A stretch of 64,000 nucleotides of DNA from Bacteroidetes oral taxon 274 str. F0058 (GCA_000163695.1 GG774889.1:520042-584041); one strand, 5' to 3'; shown: positions 36,928 to 47,662, counted from the stretch's first letter. Notes: generated by a model from the sequence alone, not told the origin. Program-made: numbers and translations.

Positions 36928-39261
36928 TTACAGACGTTCTTTTTCGCTGTTGCCCGCACCGGTGCCTTTGTATTTGCTTCTTGTCGTATTGAAGTTGTAG
37001 CTTACCGACAGGGAGATACTTCTGCTGTCCAAATCGTTGTCGACATAAAAGCGTGTATTGTCGATTTCCCGCAACGCTCTGTACCTGTCGGTACCGAATA
37101 TGTCGTCTCCTTTGAGAGTTACCCTCAACCTATTACCTAAGAATGTTTTGGACAGATATACGTTAGTCTTAAACGAACCGTACATATAATCTACTTCGGA
37201 GTGTCCGTCGGTATTGTAAGTCATATCTACTCCCAGATAGAGTGTTTTCCACAACGATATACCGTTCCTGAACTTTATGCTCCACACAGGTTTGTTGTAA
37301 TATCTTGTAGGCGAGCCGTACGCGAAAAAGTTTTTTGCGAAGCCGAGCTCCAGCGACGGTCTCCACCACGAGCCTACATGTAAGGAATACAGTAGAGCAA
37401 TCGACAGATTGTCGAACCTTTCGACATTTTCGGCTTGGGATATTAAGATTTTGTCCGAATACGGCTTCGACAAAAGCATTATAAAGTCTTTGTATATGTC
37501 GTAATTGGCATTAAGTATAAAGTTACGATATCGGAACGAATATGTTATGTTGTTGTCTATCGAAGGTCTCAACAGAGGGTTGCCCCGTTCGTACGAGTAA
37601 AGACTGCTGTATTCTGTGTTGTTACGCAACTGATAGTAACTCGGACGCGAAATATGCTGCGAATACCCGAGCGATGTTCGAATATTCCCGTCTGAATAAG
37701 ATAAGTTTATATTTGGCGACAGATTGTCGTATGTTTTGCTTTGCTCTTGTTGCAATTGGTTATTTACGAAATAGTCGAACCCTGCGTGTTCGTACCTCAT
37801 ACCCACGTCGACGGACAGTCGTCCAATTTTTTTGTAATAAGACACGAAAGCGGCTAATAGTCGTTGCCGTGCAGTATTGTTGCCTGATATTATGGCGTGA
37901 GCCTGTCCTTGATTTTGCACGTCAAAAAGTTGTTTGTTGCCGGTGAAGACCACTTCTACTCCGTACAGCAAATCGCTATTGGCTACGGGCGAGGTGAATA
38001 CTGCTTTCGAAGCGAACATATCGGATTGCCTATTGCCTTTGGTATATATGTTTTCCTGCTTGTTGGCTATTTTGTTGGAGGACGATAAATCGCTTTTTTC
38101 GCTACTGTGAATGAAGTTCATATCTACTTTCATCGTCAGCCACGGGGCAACCTTACCCTGATAATAAGCATTTACCGAGTGTGCTATTCGCTCGTTGTCT
38201 CTATCCTGAAGCATTGTTGCCGCGTCGGCAGCAGCCTGATTGGTGCGGAAAACCGAATTGTACTTCGATTGGTTCAGAGGCGTCAGCCCGCTCTCGTATC
38301 TGATGCCTGCCGAGTGGTCGGCGTCGAAAGCATAATTTGCCCCTACACAGAACTTGAACATTTGCCTGTTGGTGTGTTTGACGATATTTTCATCGACTTT
38401 GAATACACTGTTTTGGGTTATCGAATGTTCTCTCGTTATATTCTGCCGATTCTGTCTTTGGTAATAATATGCCGAGCCGAATATGTCTAACTTATCTATC
38501 CGATAGTTAAGATTGACCGCAACATTGCCCGACAGTTTCCGTGCCGCTATTATGCCTGCCATTGCGTTGCCGCTCCAGCCTTCTCCTGCGGGTCTCGATG
38601 TCTCTATGTTTATTACCGCTTTGGCCGAATAGCTGTATTCCGCACTCGGATTGGTGATGACCGTTATCTTTTTTATAGTATTCGAGTTTATTTTGTCAAG
38701 CTCCGACAGATTACGAACCTGTCTGCCGTTGAGATAGATGACGGGAGCACCTCTGCCCAAGACGCTGAGGCGTCTGTTGTCTCTGGATACAAAAGGCAGT
38801 TGCCCAAGCACATCGTTAGCCGTACCTATGTCTCGTAGAGTACTGTTCTGTATATCGACCGAAATACCTCTGTCGTCGGCTTTTATGACGGGACGCTCCG
38901 CCGTGGCGGTAACTCCCGACAGGTTTTGACTCTCAGGCAGCAAATAAATATCAAAAACACTACTGTAATCATCTATGGGGAGTATTTTAGTATTATATCC
39001 TATCGATGAGACCTGTAATAAATAGCTCCCTTCTTTTACGGTTGGCAGAGAGAAATATCCTTTTGTGTCCGTTACCGTCCCGTCTACGAACGACGAGTCT
39101 CTGGTATTCAAAAGTATTACGTTTGAAAAGGGTAGCGGAGCACCTTCTTGGTCGTAAACGTTTCCGGATATCTCTTGCCCCAAGGCAAGCAGAGTACAAC
39201 TACATACGACAAACAAAAAAAATATTCTGAGCATAATGATTTTATTCCGATATTTACACAT
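36928..39261 (-). CDS. TonB-dependent receptor-like outer-membrane beta-barrel (CarbopepD_reg + plug), paralog of 53105-55417
   Basis: 777 aa; N-terminal GNVYDQEGAPLPFSNVILLNTRDSSFVDGTVTDTKGYFSL; the C-terminal tail YNFNTTRSKYKGTGAGNSEKERL matches that of the 53105 protein. Confidence 0.7.
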   Translation of the reverse strand: MCKYRNKIIMLRIFFLFVVCSCTLLALGQEISGNVYDQEGAPLPFSNVILLNTRDSSFVDGTVTDTKGYFSLPTVKEGSYLLQVSSIGYNTKILPIDDYSSVFDIYLLPESQNLSGVTATAERPVIKADDRGISVDIQNSTLRDIGTANDVLGQLPFVSRDNRRLSVLGRGAPVIYLNGRQVRNLSELDKINSNTIKKITVITNPSAEYSYSAKAVINIETSRPAGEGWSGNAMAGIIAARKLSGNVAVNLNYRIDKLDIFGSAYYYQRQNRQNITREHSITQNSVFKVDENIVKHTNRQMFKFCVGANYAFDADHSAGIRYESGLTPLNQSKYNSVFRTNQAAADAATMLQDRDNERIAHSVNAYYQGKVAPWLTMKVDMNFIHSSEKSDLSSSNKIANKQENIYTKGNRQSDMFASKAVFTSPVANSDLLYGVEVVFTGNKQLFDVQNQGQAHAIISGNNTARQRLLAAFVSYYKKIGRLSVDVGMRYEHAGFDYFVNNQLQQEQSKTYDNLSPNINLSYSDGNIRTSLGYSQHISRPSYYQLRNNTEYSSLYSYERGNPLLRPSIDNNITYSFRYRNFILNANYDIYKDFIMLLSKPYSDKILISQAENVERFDNLSIALLYSLHVGSWWRPSLELGFAKNFFAYGSPTRYYNKPVWSIKFRNGISLWKTLYLGVDMTYNTDGHSEVDYMYGSFKTNVYLSKTFLGNRLRVTLKGDDIFGTDRYRALREIDNTRFYVDNDLDSRSISLSVSYNFNTTRSKYKGTGAGNSEKERL

Positions 39262-39423
39262 AAAATGTCGATTAACTTTTGCAAAGATACAATCAATATC
39301 TCGAAATAAAATTACTCTATCGGTAAATTAAGATATTTTATATTCGGTTATAAAATAATATTTTGTTGGTTGAAAAAAATATATTACCTTTGCACCCGCA
39401 GTTCGATAGAATAGTAGTATAAA

Positions 39424-39498
39424 CGGGATGTAGCGCAGTCCGGTTAGCGCACCTGCTTTGGGAGCAGGGGGTCCCAAGTTCGAATCTTGGTATCCCGA
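39424..39498 (+). tRNA. tRNA-Pro (anticodon UGG)
   Basis: CGGGATGTAGCGCAGTCCGGTTAGCGCACCTGCTTTGGGAGCAGG...; anticodon loop CTTTGGGA; preceded by TACCTTTG and followed by the hairpin GTAGAGAC-agagagg-GTCTCTAC + T6. Confidence 0.85.
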
Positions 39499-39610
39499 CA
39501 GTCGGTAGAGACAGAGAGGGTCTCTACTTTTTTGTTTTTTAGATATAAAAAATATTCTGATGTTACATTATTTTTGTACTTTTGCACTCATATAAATTAA
39601 AAATCATTAT

Positions 39611-40096
39611 ATGGCTACAATACTGAAAAACTTGTCGGAATATGACTCTTCCATTCTACCATCCAGAGAGAGGTTGGCAAACCAAAAATACGCTATTGCC
39701 GTTGCCCAGTGGAACCCTGAGGTTACGCATCCTCTGTTGCGTGGAGCGGTAGATACACTGATCGAACACGGTGTGATAGAAGATAATATCGATATCAAGT
39801 ACGTGCCCGGTACATTCGAGCTGACTCACGCTTCGCGTATCTTGCAAGAAGAAGATAAGTATGCGGCGATAATAGCAATAGGTTGCGTCATACGCGGGGA
39901 TACTCCTCACTTCGATTATATCTGCCAAGGAGTAACCACAGGTCTTGCTATACTCAATGCCAACGGAATGGCTCCGATTGTTTTCTCTGTCCTCACGACC
40001 GAGACACTCGAGCAGGCTCTCGACAGAGCAGGCGGCAAACACGGCAATAAGGGCGTAGAAGGGGCTTTTACTGCTATCAAAATGGGCAACCTCTGA
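39611..40096 (+). CDS. ribH: 6,7-dimethyl-8-ribityllumazine synthase
   Basis: 161 aa; ...[20 protein letters not shown]...VPGTFEL...[18 protein letters not shown]... are lumazine synthase signatures. Confidence 0.85.
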   Translation: MATILKNLSEYDSSILPSRERLANQKYAIAVAQWNPEVTHPLLRGAVDTLIEHGVIEDNIDIKYVPGTFELTHASRILQEEDKYAAIIAIGCVIRGDTPHFDYICQGVTTGLAILNANGMAPIVFSVLTTETLEQALDRAGGKHGNKGVEGAFTAIKMGNL

Positions 40097-40202
40097 TTGT
40101 GGGCAGTAATCCCGTTTGCGGGAAAAATATTAATTTTGCAGTCGTATTAAGAATATATTTTTTTGACGGATTTTTTTGCAAAACAAAATAATAATCAAGT
40201 AG

Positions 40203-41153
40203 ATGCAAATATCGGTAATTGTCCCATTATACAACGAAGCAGAGAGTTTACCTAAGCTATTCGAGTGGATACGGAGAGTGATGAACGACAATGACTTCTC
40301 GTATGAGGTGATTTTCGTCGACGATGGGTCGACCGACGGCTCGTGGAGTGTCATCGAGAGCCTACGTGAGCTGTACGACAATGTATGCGGTATACGTTTC
40401 CGTAAAAACTACGGCAAATCTCCTGCCCTGTATTGCGGATTCGAACGTGCCAAGGGCGATGTGGTCGTTACTCTCGATGCCGACTTGCAAGACTCACCCG
40501 ACGAGATACCCGAAATGTACCGAATGGTGGTAGACGATGGGTACGATCTCGTGTCGGGCTGGAAAAAGAAGCGTTACGACAACGCCATTACCAAAAACAT
40601 ACCGTCGAAAATATACAATTCGTTTGCCCGCAAGGTAACGGGTATCAAACTGCACGATATGAACTGCGGACTGAAAGCCTATCGCAACGAGGTCGTGAAA
40701 AATATTGAGGTGTACGGCGAGATGCACAGGTATATCCCATATCTGGCTAAAAATGCGGGTTTCTCCAAAATTGGCGAGAAAGTAGTCGAGCACCGAAAAA
40801 GAGAGTTCGGTAAGTCTAAGTTCGGTATCGAACGTTTCGTTAACGGATATTTAGACCTCTTTTCGTTGTGGTTTCTCAATAGGTTCGGTAAAAAACCTAT
40901 GCACTTTTTCGGTTTTTGGGGTACCGTTATGTTTGTAGTCGGTTTCATTGCTATCTGTATCGTTGGAGCAATAAAACTGCATCATCTGCACTACGGCACG
41001 CCGGCACCGTTGGTTACCTCTTCGCCGTGGTTTTACATATCGCTGACAATGATGATACTGGGCACGCAGATGTTCCTTGTCGGATTTTTGGGCGAGATAG
41101 TGGCACGTAGCTCCAACGAGCGCAACTATTACAATATCAAGGAAGAATTTTGA
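40203..41153 (+). CDS. GT2-family polyprenyl-phosphate glycosyltransferase (ArnC/GtrB/Dpm1-like) with C-terminal TM helices
   Basis: 316 aa; SVIVPLYNEAESL...EVIFVDDGSTDGS...DADLQD are GT-A motifs; two C-terminal TM helices. Confidence 0.75.
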   Translation: MQISVIVPLYNEAESLPKLFEWIRRVMNDNDFSYEVIFVDDGSTDGSWSVIESLRELYDNVCGIRFRKNYGKSPALYCGFERAKGDVVVTLDADLQDSPDEIPEMYRMVVDDGYDLVSGWKKKRYDNAITKNIPSKIYNSFARKVTGIKLHDMNCGLKAYRNEVVKNIEVYGEMHRYIPYLAKNAGFSKIGEKVVEHRKREFGKSKFGIERFVNGYLDLFSLWFLNRFGKKPMHFFGFWGTVMFVVGFIAICIVGAIKLHHLHYGTPAPLVTSSPWFYISLTMMILGTQMFLVGFLGEIVARSSNERNYYNIKEEF

Positions 41154-41178
41154 ATAATTTATCTATTATATAATAACA

Positions 41179-42219
41179 ATGGAGTTTTCAGCACAGCAGA
41201 TAGCCGATTTCCTCAATGGGGAAGTAATTGGCGATAAGGATATCAAAGTAAACAACTTCTCTAAAATAGAGGAGGGCAAACCACACACTATCACATTTCT
41301 TGCCAATCCTAAATATACACACTATATTTATGAGACTGAGGCGGATATAGTATTGGTGAGTAAAGTTTTTGTGCCCGACAGAGAGGTTAAAGCTACGATT
41401 ATAAAGGTAGACGATGCTTATCAGGCTATCAGTCGGCTGCTTACTCTGGCTCAGAATGCAAAACCCTCAAAAATGGGTATCTCTCCCAAAGCTGATATTG
41501 CGGAATCTGCCGTTGTGGGACAAGATGTATTCGTGGGAGCTTTTTCCTCTATCGGCGAGCACTGCAAGATAGGCAACAACGTAAAAATATATCAAAACGT
41601 ACAAATAGCCGATTATGTGGTTATTGGGGACAATACCGTAATCTTTCCGAATGTGTCTGTTTATGACCATTGTGTCATAGGTGCCGATAACATCATTCAC
41701 GCCGGAGCAGTCATAGGAGCCGACGGCTTCGGTTTCGCTCCCGACCAACAGGGACATTACGACAAGATACCGCAGATAGGTAATGTTGTTGTAGGTGATA
41801 ATGTAGAGATTGGGGCAAATACCACTATCGACAGAGCTACAATGGGTTCTACCGTCGTAGGCAACGGAGTCAAGATAGACAACCTCGTGCAGATAGCCCA
41901 TAATGTGGAGATAGGCGACCACACAGCTATTGCTGCCCAGAGCGGTATAGCAGGTTCTACCAAGGTGGGTAAAAAATGTGTATTCGGAGGGCAAGTAGGT
42001 ATCACAGGGCATATCAGTATTGCCGACGGCACAATATTGGGTGCCAAAACAGGTGTTTCAGGTAATATCAAAGAGCCAAACAGGGTGTGGATAGGTGCTC
42101 CTGCTATGCCGCTCAATACATTCAGACGCTCGTCGGTGATAATAAGACAATTGCCTGAACTCATACAAAGGCTATACGACACCGAACGCAAGCTGAATGA
42201 GATAAAAGGCGGGAAGTAA
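41179..42219 (+). CDS. lpxD: UDP-3-O-(3-hydroxyacyl)glucosamine N-acyltransferase
   Basis: 346 aa; N-terminal LpxD domain followed by a long left-handed beta-helix of hexapeptide repeats (IGDNVxIxxNxxI...). Confidence 0.8.
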   Translation: MEFSAQQIADFLNGEVIGDKDIKVNNFSKIEEGKPHTITFLANPKYTHYIYETEADIVLVSKVFVPDREVKATIIKVDDAYQAISRLLTLAQNAKPSKMGISPKADIAESAVVGQDVFVGAFSSIGEHCKIGNNVKIYQNVQIADYVVIGDNTVIFPNVSVYDHCVIGADNIIHAGAVIGADGFGFAPDQQGHYDKIPQIGNVVVGDNVEIGANTTIDRATMGSTVVGNGVKIDNLVQIAHNVEIGDHTAIAAQSGIAGSTKVGKKCVFGGQVGITGHISIADGTILGAKTGVSGNIKEPNRVWIGAPAMPLNTFRRSSVIIRQLPELIQRLYDTERKLNEIKGGK

Positions 42220-42243
42220 AAGCAATCCTCTTCGGTCATTTAT

Positions 42244-43131
42244 ATGAAAATCAAATATCTCTGCCATTCGAAAATAGATTTTGAGCGGTGGGATAGGTGT
42301 GTTGCCGATGCTTCCAACTCTTTGATATATGCCGAGAGCTGGTATCTGGATATAGTCTGTCGTCGGTGGGGAGGCTTGGTAGGTGATGATTACGAGGCTG
42401 TTATGCCTCTGCCGATAGCAAGACGTTATGGTATACCTTACTTTGTACAGCCTCCGCTTTGCCAGCAGCTCGGAGTATTCGCTGCCGACACTGAGTCGGA
42501 TAATATTGTGGATAGTTTCGTTAAGAAAATTCCTCTGCTGCCTTATCGACTGAAACTCAATTATGCCAACAAGGTCTGTAAGCAGACATCTCTGCCGAAC
42601 TATACGCTTGACTTGCGACAAAATTATTCGGATATCTGTAAGCGGTTCAGTAGTAATACGATACGAAATATCGCCAAAGCCCGAAGTGTCGGTATAGAAA
42701 TAGAGCAATACGGGAAAAATATTAATTCACAGATAGACCAATCGATTGTAGTCGAGACATTTTTGAAGTTTTATTACGAGTCGGTATTGTCGTATTGCCC
42801 TCCCGACAGAGATGTCGTTAAGTTATTGATTACAGAAGGGTTTGTACGAGGGGCGGTAGACCTCTATTTTGCACGTAGCTCGGCAAGAGTCATAGCTGCC
42901 TTGGCGGTGCTTAAGTCGCGGCAGAGGCTTATATATCTTCTCCCCGTATCCGATGCCGAAGGTAGAAGACTCTCTGCTATGTTCGTCCTTGTAGACGAGA
43001 TAATCAAACGAAATCAGAACCGACCTGTCGTTCTTGACTTCGAAGGCTCATCGATAGATGGAGTTGCCCGATTTTATGCAGGTTTTGGAGCAAAAATAGA
43101 ATCCTATCCTCTGATAAGCAGGTTTTTGTAG
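42244..43131 (+). CDS. hypothetical protein, possibly an acyl/acetyltransferase-fold enzyme
   Basis: 295 aa, no signal peptide; gene order GT2-lpxD-this ORF suggests envelope-lipid modification. Call rests on context only. Confidence 0.3.
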   Translation: MKIKYLCHSKIDFERWDRCVADASNSLIYAESWYLDIVCRRWGGLVGDDYEAVMPLPIARRYGIPYFVQPPLCQQLGVFAADTESDNIVDSFVKKIPLLPYRLKLNYANKVCKQTSLPNYTLDLRQNYSDICKRFSSNTIRNIAKARSVGIEIEQYGKNINSQIDQSIVVETFLKFYYESVLSYCPPDRDVVKLLITEGFVRGAVDLYFARSSARVIAALAVLKSRQRLIYLLPVSDAEGRRLSAMFVLVDEIIKRNQNRPVVLDFEGSSIDGVARFYAGFGAKIESYPLISRFL

Positions 43132-43318
43132 AGGTTCTTGTTGTTTTGTTTTTTTTCTGGGAAGGTTATAAGCTATGCTTGATAAGGTATAAATAGTTAT
43201 TATATAATGCAATAAGAATGGCACATAAAATAAATTACCAACAAAATGCTTTTTTGTGTTGTTCTGTGCGAAAAAAATATTACCTTTGCACCCGTAAATT
43301 TGTTACTAAGTTTATTTA

Positions 43319-43392
43319 GGTCCCATAGCTCAGTTGGTTAGTAGCACCTGACTCATAATCAGGGGGTCCTTGGTTCAAGCCCAAGTGGGACC
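43319..43392 (+). tRNA. tRNA with anticodon CAU (Met elongator or Ile2/lysidine)
   Basis: GGTCCCATAGCTCAGTTGGTTAGTAGCACCTGACTCATAATCAGG...; the D-arm resembles tRNA-Ile, so Ile2 (k2CAU) is plausible; preceded by TACCTTTG. Confidence 0.8.
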
Positions 43393-43761
43393 ACACCGGA
43401 AAAGACCGCTTACTGTACACAAAGGTAAGAGGTCTTTTTTCGTTTATTGTACATCGTAATATTATAACTAAATATGATAGTAACAGCCTGTAATTGATGT
43501 GGTTATATGTTTTGCCTGTCACTTTGGTTTTATAGCGATGTGGATATGAGAAGAAAATATCTTAAAAAAATCACCACAATTTCCCTCGAAAAAATAGAAA
43601 GTGCTTGTGTTTGTAATCCAATAAATTTTATTATCTTTGCACTTCGAATTTAATAGATAATGTTTAGTATCTAAATCATTGAGATTCATTGCGTAGTGCG
43701 GTGGCTACTCAGTGGTTGGCACTGCTAAAAAGAATGTAAACATAAAAATTTTTTAAAGAAA

Positions 43762-44577
43762 ATGCGTCAAACAAACTTCGAAGAGTTATTGGAAGCAGGT
43801 GCTCATTTCGGGCACATGAAAAGAAAGTGGAATCCGGCTATGGCTCCTTACATCTTTATGGAGCGTAATGGCATACATATTATGGATTTGCACAAAACCG
43901 TTGCCAAGATAGAAGAGGCAGCCAAGGCAATACGTCAGATAGCTATGTCTGACAAGAAAATATTATTCGTAGCAACCAAAAAGCAGGCAAAGCAGATAGT
44001 TGCCGACAGAGCTGCCGAAGCCGGTATGCCGTATATCACAGAGCGTTGGGCGGGCGGTATGCTTACCAACTTCCAGACGATACGCAAAGCCGTAAAAAAG
44101 ATGGATGCTATCGACAAAATGTCTACCGACGGCACTTTGGATACGATGTCGAAACGCGAAAGACTTCAAATCAGCCGTCAACGCGAGAAGCTCGAGCTTA
44201 ACCTCGGTTCCATATCGGATATGACCAGAATACCTGCTGCTATATTCGTTGTCGATGTAATGAAAGAACACATTGCCGTCTCCGAAGCCAACAAGCTCGG
44301 TATACCTGTGTTTGGTATCGTAGACACCAACTCCGACCCTACCAACATCGACTTCGTAATACCTTGCAACGACGATGCTACCAAAGCAATAGACATAATA
44401 CTGTCTGTAATGGTAGATGCTATCAAAGAGGGACGTCAAGAGATGAAGATGAACAAAGCAGAAGAGGATACGCCCGCTACTATCGAAGTAAAAGGCGAGA
44501 GACGTGCCAGAGCAAGACGTACGCGTCGCGAGACCGAAGGCAGCAACGAAGTAAAAAGTGAAGGTAACGAAGAGTAA
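43762..44577 (+). CDS. rpsB: 30S ribosomal protein S2
   Basis: 271 aa; ...LLEAGAHFGHMKRKWNPAMAPYIF...GIHIMDLHKT... is the S2 signature; acidic C-terminal tail. Confidence 0.9.
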   Translation: MRQTNFEELLEAGAHFGHMKRKWNPAMAPYIFMERNGIHIMDLHKTVAKIEEAAKAIRQIAMSDKKILFVATKKQAKQIVADRAAEAGMPYITERWAGGMLTNFQTIRKAVKKMDAIDKMSTDGTLDTMSKRERLQISRQREKLELNLGSISDMTRIPAAIFVVDVMKEHIAVSEANKLGIPVFGIVDTNSDPTNIDFVIPCNDDATKAIDIILSVMVDAIKEGRQEMKMNKAEEDTPATIEVKGERRARARRTRRETEGSNEVKSEGNEE

Positions 44578-44696
44578 ATTTTGAATATTATCGAAAAAAT
44601 AAGACGTTGCCCTCACATCCAAACAGTGTGAACGGTAACGTTTTTTGTTGTAAAAAAAGCAAATACAAACAATTTAAAAATATAGGAATAAATATT

Positions 44697-45515
44697 ATGG
44701 CAGTAACAATGGCGGACATACAGAAACTCCGCACAATGACAGGCGCCGGTATGATGGACTGTAAGAACGCTCTTACGGAGGCAAACGGCGATATGGAAAA
44801 AGCAATAGAACTCATACGCAAACGCGGACAGGCTATCGCCGCTAAGCGTAGCGACAGAGAAGCGTCGGAAGGTTGTGTTCTGGCAGGTATCAAAGGCGAT
44901 TTTGCTGCAATAGTGGCAGTGAAATGCGAGACGGACTTCGTGGCAAAAAATGCCGATTTCGTTGGTCTGACACAAAAGATACTCGACGCAGCTCTCGATA
45001 AACAACCCTCTACATTGGACGAACTTCTTGCTATCAGTATCGATGGACGTACTGTAAACGAATTGATTACCGAACGTTCGGGTGTTACGGGCGAAAAGAT
45101 GGAGCTCGGATACTATGAGTTTGTAAAAGGAGCTTATGTGGTAGAATATAACCATACGGGAAATAAGTTGTCTACTATCGTGGCTTTCGAGAAAGCCGGC
45201 GTCGACCGCCAAGTGGCTCGCGATATAGCTATGCAGGTAGCCTCTATGAACCCGATTGCTCTTACCAAAGAGGGTATCCCCGAAAAAATCGTTAACCAAG
45301 AGCTCGAAATCGGTCGCGACAAAGCACGTCAAGAAGGTAAACCCGAGAATATTATCGAAAATATTGCACAGGGTCGTTTGGCTAAATTCTTCAAAGAAGC
45401 TACACTCCTCTCGCAAGAGTTTATCAAAGACAGCAAACAGTCTGTAGAACAGTATGCGAAAGCAAACAACGCTATGCCGACAGACTTCAAACGAGTTACT
45501 CTCAATGAGGAGTAA
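44697..45515 (+). CDS. tsf: elongation factor Ts
   Basis: Start at MAVTMADIQKLRTMTGAGMMDCKNAL (UBA-like EF-Ts N-terminus). The longer 44607 ORF start is rejected. The hairpin TCTGCTCA...TGAGCAGA + T8 follows the stop. Confidence 0.88.
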   Translation: MAVTMADIQKLRTMTGAGMMDCKNALTEANGDMEKAIELIRKRGQAIAAKRSDREASEGCVLAGIKGDFAAIVAVKCETDFVAKNADFVGLTQKILDAALDKQPSTLDELLAISIDGRTVNELITERSGVTGEKMELGYYEFVKGAYVVEYNHTGNKLSTIVAFEKAGVDRQVARDIAMQVASMNPIALTKEGIPEKIVNQELEIGRDKARQEGKPENIIENIAQGRLAKFFKEATLLSQEFIKDSKQSVEQYAKANNAMPTDFKRVTLNEE

Positions 45516-45830
45516 ACGTGTTTGCTTACAATAATTTAATCTGCTCATAGGTAATACTTTGAGCAGATTTTTTTGTTTTAATTTTGTGCCCTTACCAAGG
45601 GCTTTCGAAGCATTGCGATATAAGAATTGTAGATATTAGACTGATTGATAATTAGATAGAGGCTAAAAAAAGCTAAGCAAGCTTTTCCTTGTTGATACTC
45701 GTATGAGACATTAATATGTGTATAATCAATCGATTGTGTGTGAAAAGCATTTTTCGCTCCTATTATTTTTTGTGTAAAATACAAAAAAGTATTACCTTTG
45801 CCGAGATTTTTTACGAGAAAGTCGTATACA

Positions 45831-45904
45831 GGTCCGGTAGCTCAGCTGGATAGAGCAACAGCCTTCTAAGCTGTGGGTCAGGGGTTCGAATCCCTTCCGG
45901 ATCA
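45831..45904 (+). tRNA. tRNA-Arg (anticodon UCU)
   Basis: GGTCCGGTAGCTCAGCTGGATAGAGCAACAGCCTTCTAAGCTGT...; anticodon loop CTTCTAA; preceded by TACCTTTG. Confidence 0.85.
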
Positions 45905-46171
45905 CATCGGTAAGAAGCCCTTTGTTTGAGGGCTTTTGTTCTCTCCGAATAGGTCATCGTCTCTGCAGAGTTGTTCAGCTGCTTTTACTATTATCGAGCA
46001 TCTCACCATATCGTTTGTGACTCTGCCTCGACAATTTTTCCCATATTTAATTTTGGGATTCTCGCCGGTAGGAGTAGTAATTTTTTTTAATAAAAGTTTT
46101 CTCCAAAAAAGTTGTAACTTTGCGATTTCGTATTTTTTCATAAAAAGCACAAAAAATTATTCTTATAAAAT

Positions 46172-47662
46172 ATGATTTTTCTTATCAAAGCATTGCAGCT
46201 GATACTGGCTCTGTCGATACTGGTGGTAGTTCACGAGTTCGGACACTTCGGGTTTGCCCGACTATTCAAGGTGCGGGTAAACAAGTTTTACCTGTTTTTC
46301 AACCCCCGATTCTCCATTTTCAGGGCAAAAAAGATAAATGGCAAGTGGCAGACGAAGTTTTTCTCACGCAACTTGCCTGAGCACGAAGTGCAGGCTGTCG
46401 ACGAAAACGGCGTGCCGAAGACCGACAAAAAGGGCAAACCTGTAATGATACCCGATGACATCAACAAACTGCCTGCCGACGATTGGCGTCGCTATCCTGA
46501 GTCTACCGAGTGGGGTATTGGCTGGGTACCTTTCGGCGGGTATTGTGCTATCGCAGGTATGGTCGACGAAACGACCAAAGAGTCGTCGTTATCGAGTGAG
46601 CCTCAGCAATGGGAGTATCGTTCACGTAAGCCTTGGCAGCGTTTTTTTATGATTGTCGGTGGCGTACTGTTCAACTTTATCCTTGCCATATTGATTTTTG
46701 CTATGCTGTTGTTTAAAAACGGCGAAGAGGTCTTGCCCGTCCGCAACGCATATCTCGGATACAAATACTGTCGTACGGCTCTCGATAACGGATTTCGTAA
46801 TGGCGACATAATACTTGCTATCGACGGAGGCGAGGCAAATAGCAGCAAAGACGTCATAGAAAAGCTTGTGATAGAGGGCAAACGCAATGTTACCGTCAGT
46901 CGCAACGGTGAGACGACGACCGTCTGTCTGCCCGAAAACTTCGGAGAACAGTTCATAGAAGCCAAAGAAAAACAGTTTATGACGCCCGTTATACCGTTTG
47001 TCGTCGATAGTGTTATGCCACAGTCGGCGGCGATGAGCAGGGGGCTGCAGCGTGGCGACAGTATCGTCGGAGTGGGAGGCAAGCCGCTTACCGACGTCGA
47101 AGATATTATGGCGGCTATCACCGATAATGCAGGCAAGATGACGACAATAGACTTCTATCGTCGTGGCAGCCTCGTTTCGGACAGTATTATGCCCGACGAA
47201 AACGGAAAAATAGGTGTAGTACTACGCGACCCGACACATATCTTCGAGACCGAGAAGATTCGTTACGGCTTCTTTGCCGCCTTCCCTGCCGGTATACGTA
47301 TGGGGTGGGAGACTCTCGTGTCGTACGTAAAGCAATTCAGACTTGTGTTTACCAAGGCGGGAGCCAAGTCGGTAGGCGGATTTGCCGCTATCGGCAACCT
47401 CTTCCCATCGCAGTGGAATTGGACTATATTCTGGAGTATGACGGCTCTGCTATCGGTTATACTTGCCTTTATGAATATATTGCCCATACCTGTGCTCGAC
47501 GGAGGGTATATACTTTTTATCATCTACGAAATGATAACGGGCAAAAAACCGAGCGACAAGTTTATGGAGATATCTCTGAATATAGGTATGATTCTTGTTC
47601 TGGGCTTGCTTGTATTTGCCAACGGTAACGACCTGCTGAAATGGATTACATCTATGTTCTGA
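46172..47662 (+). CDS. rseP: RIP site-2 metalloprotease (M50) RseP
   Basis: 496 aa; HEFGH zinc motif in TM1, PDZ-like middle region, C-terminal TM helices. Confidence 0.8.
   Translation: MIFLIKALQLILALSILVVVHEFGHFGFARLFKVRVNKFYLFFNPRFSIFRAKKINGKWQTKFFSRNLPEHEVQAVDENGVPKTDKKGKPVMIPDDINKLPADDWRRYPESTEWGIGWVPFGGYCAIAGMVDETTKESSLSSEPQQWEYRSRKPWQRFFMIVGGVLFNFILAILIFAMLLFKNGEEVLPVRNAYLGYKYCRTALDNGFRNGDIILAIDGGEANSSKDVIEKLVIEGKRNVTVSRNGETTTVCLPENFGEQFIEAKEKQFMTPVIPFVVDSVMPQSAAMSRGLQRGDSIVGVGGKPLTDVEDIMAAITDNAGKMTTIDFYRRGSLVSDSIMPDENGKIGVVLRDPTHIFETEKIRYGFFAAFPAGIRMGWETLVSYVKQFRLVFTKAGAKSVGGFAAIGNLFPSQWNWTIFWSMTALLSVILAFMNILPIPVLDGGYILFIIYEMITGKKPSDKFMEISLNIGMILVLGLLVFANGNDLLKWITSMF

Noticed and set aside
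44607-44696. Longer start for tsf (MPSHPNSVNGNVFCCKK...)
   Set aside because: The conserved EF-Ts N-terminus begins at M44697, and the upstream region is an A/T-rich intergenic sequence.
39424-45904. Integrated mobile element at tRNA-Pro, tRNA-Met or tRNA-Arg
   Set aside because: No integrase, excisionase or direct repeat of the tRNA 3' end was seen. Flanking genes are housekeeping (ribH, lpxD, rpsB, tsf, rseP).
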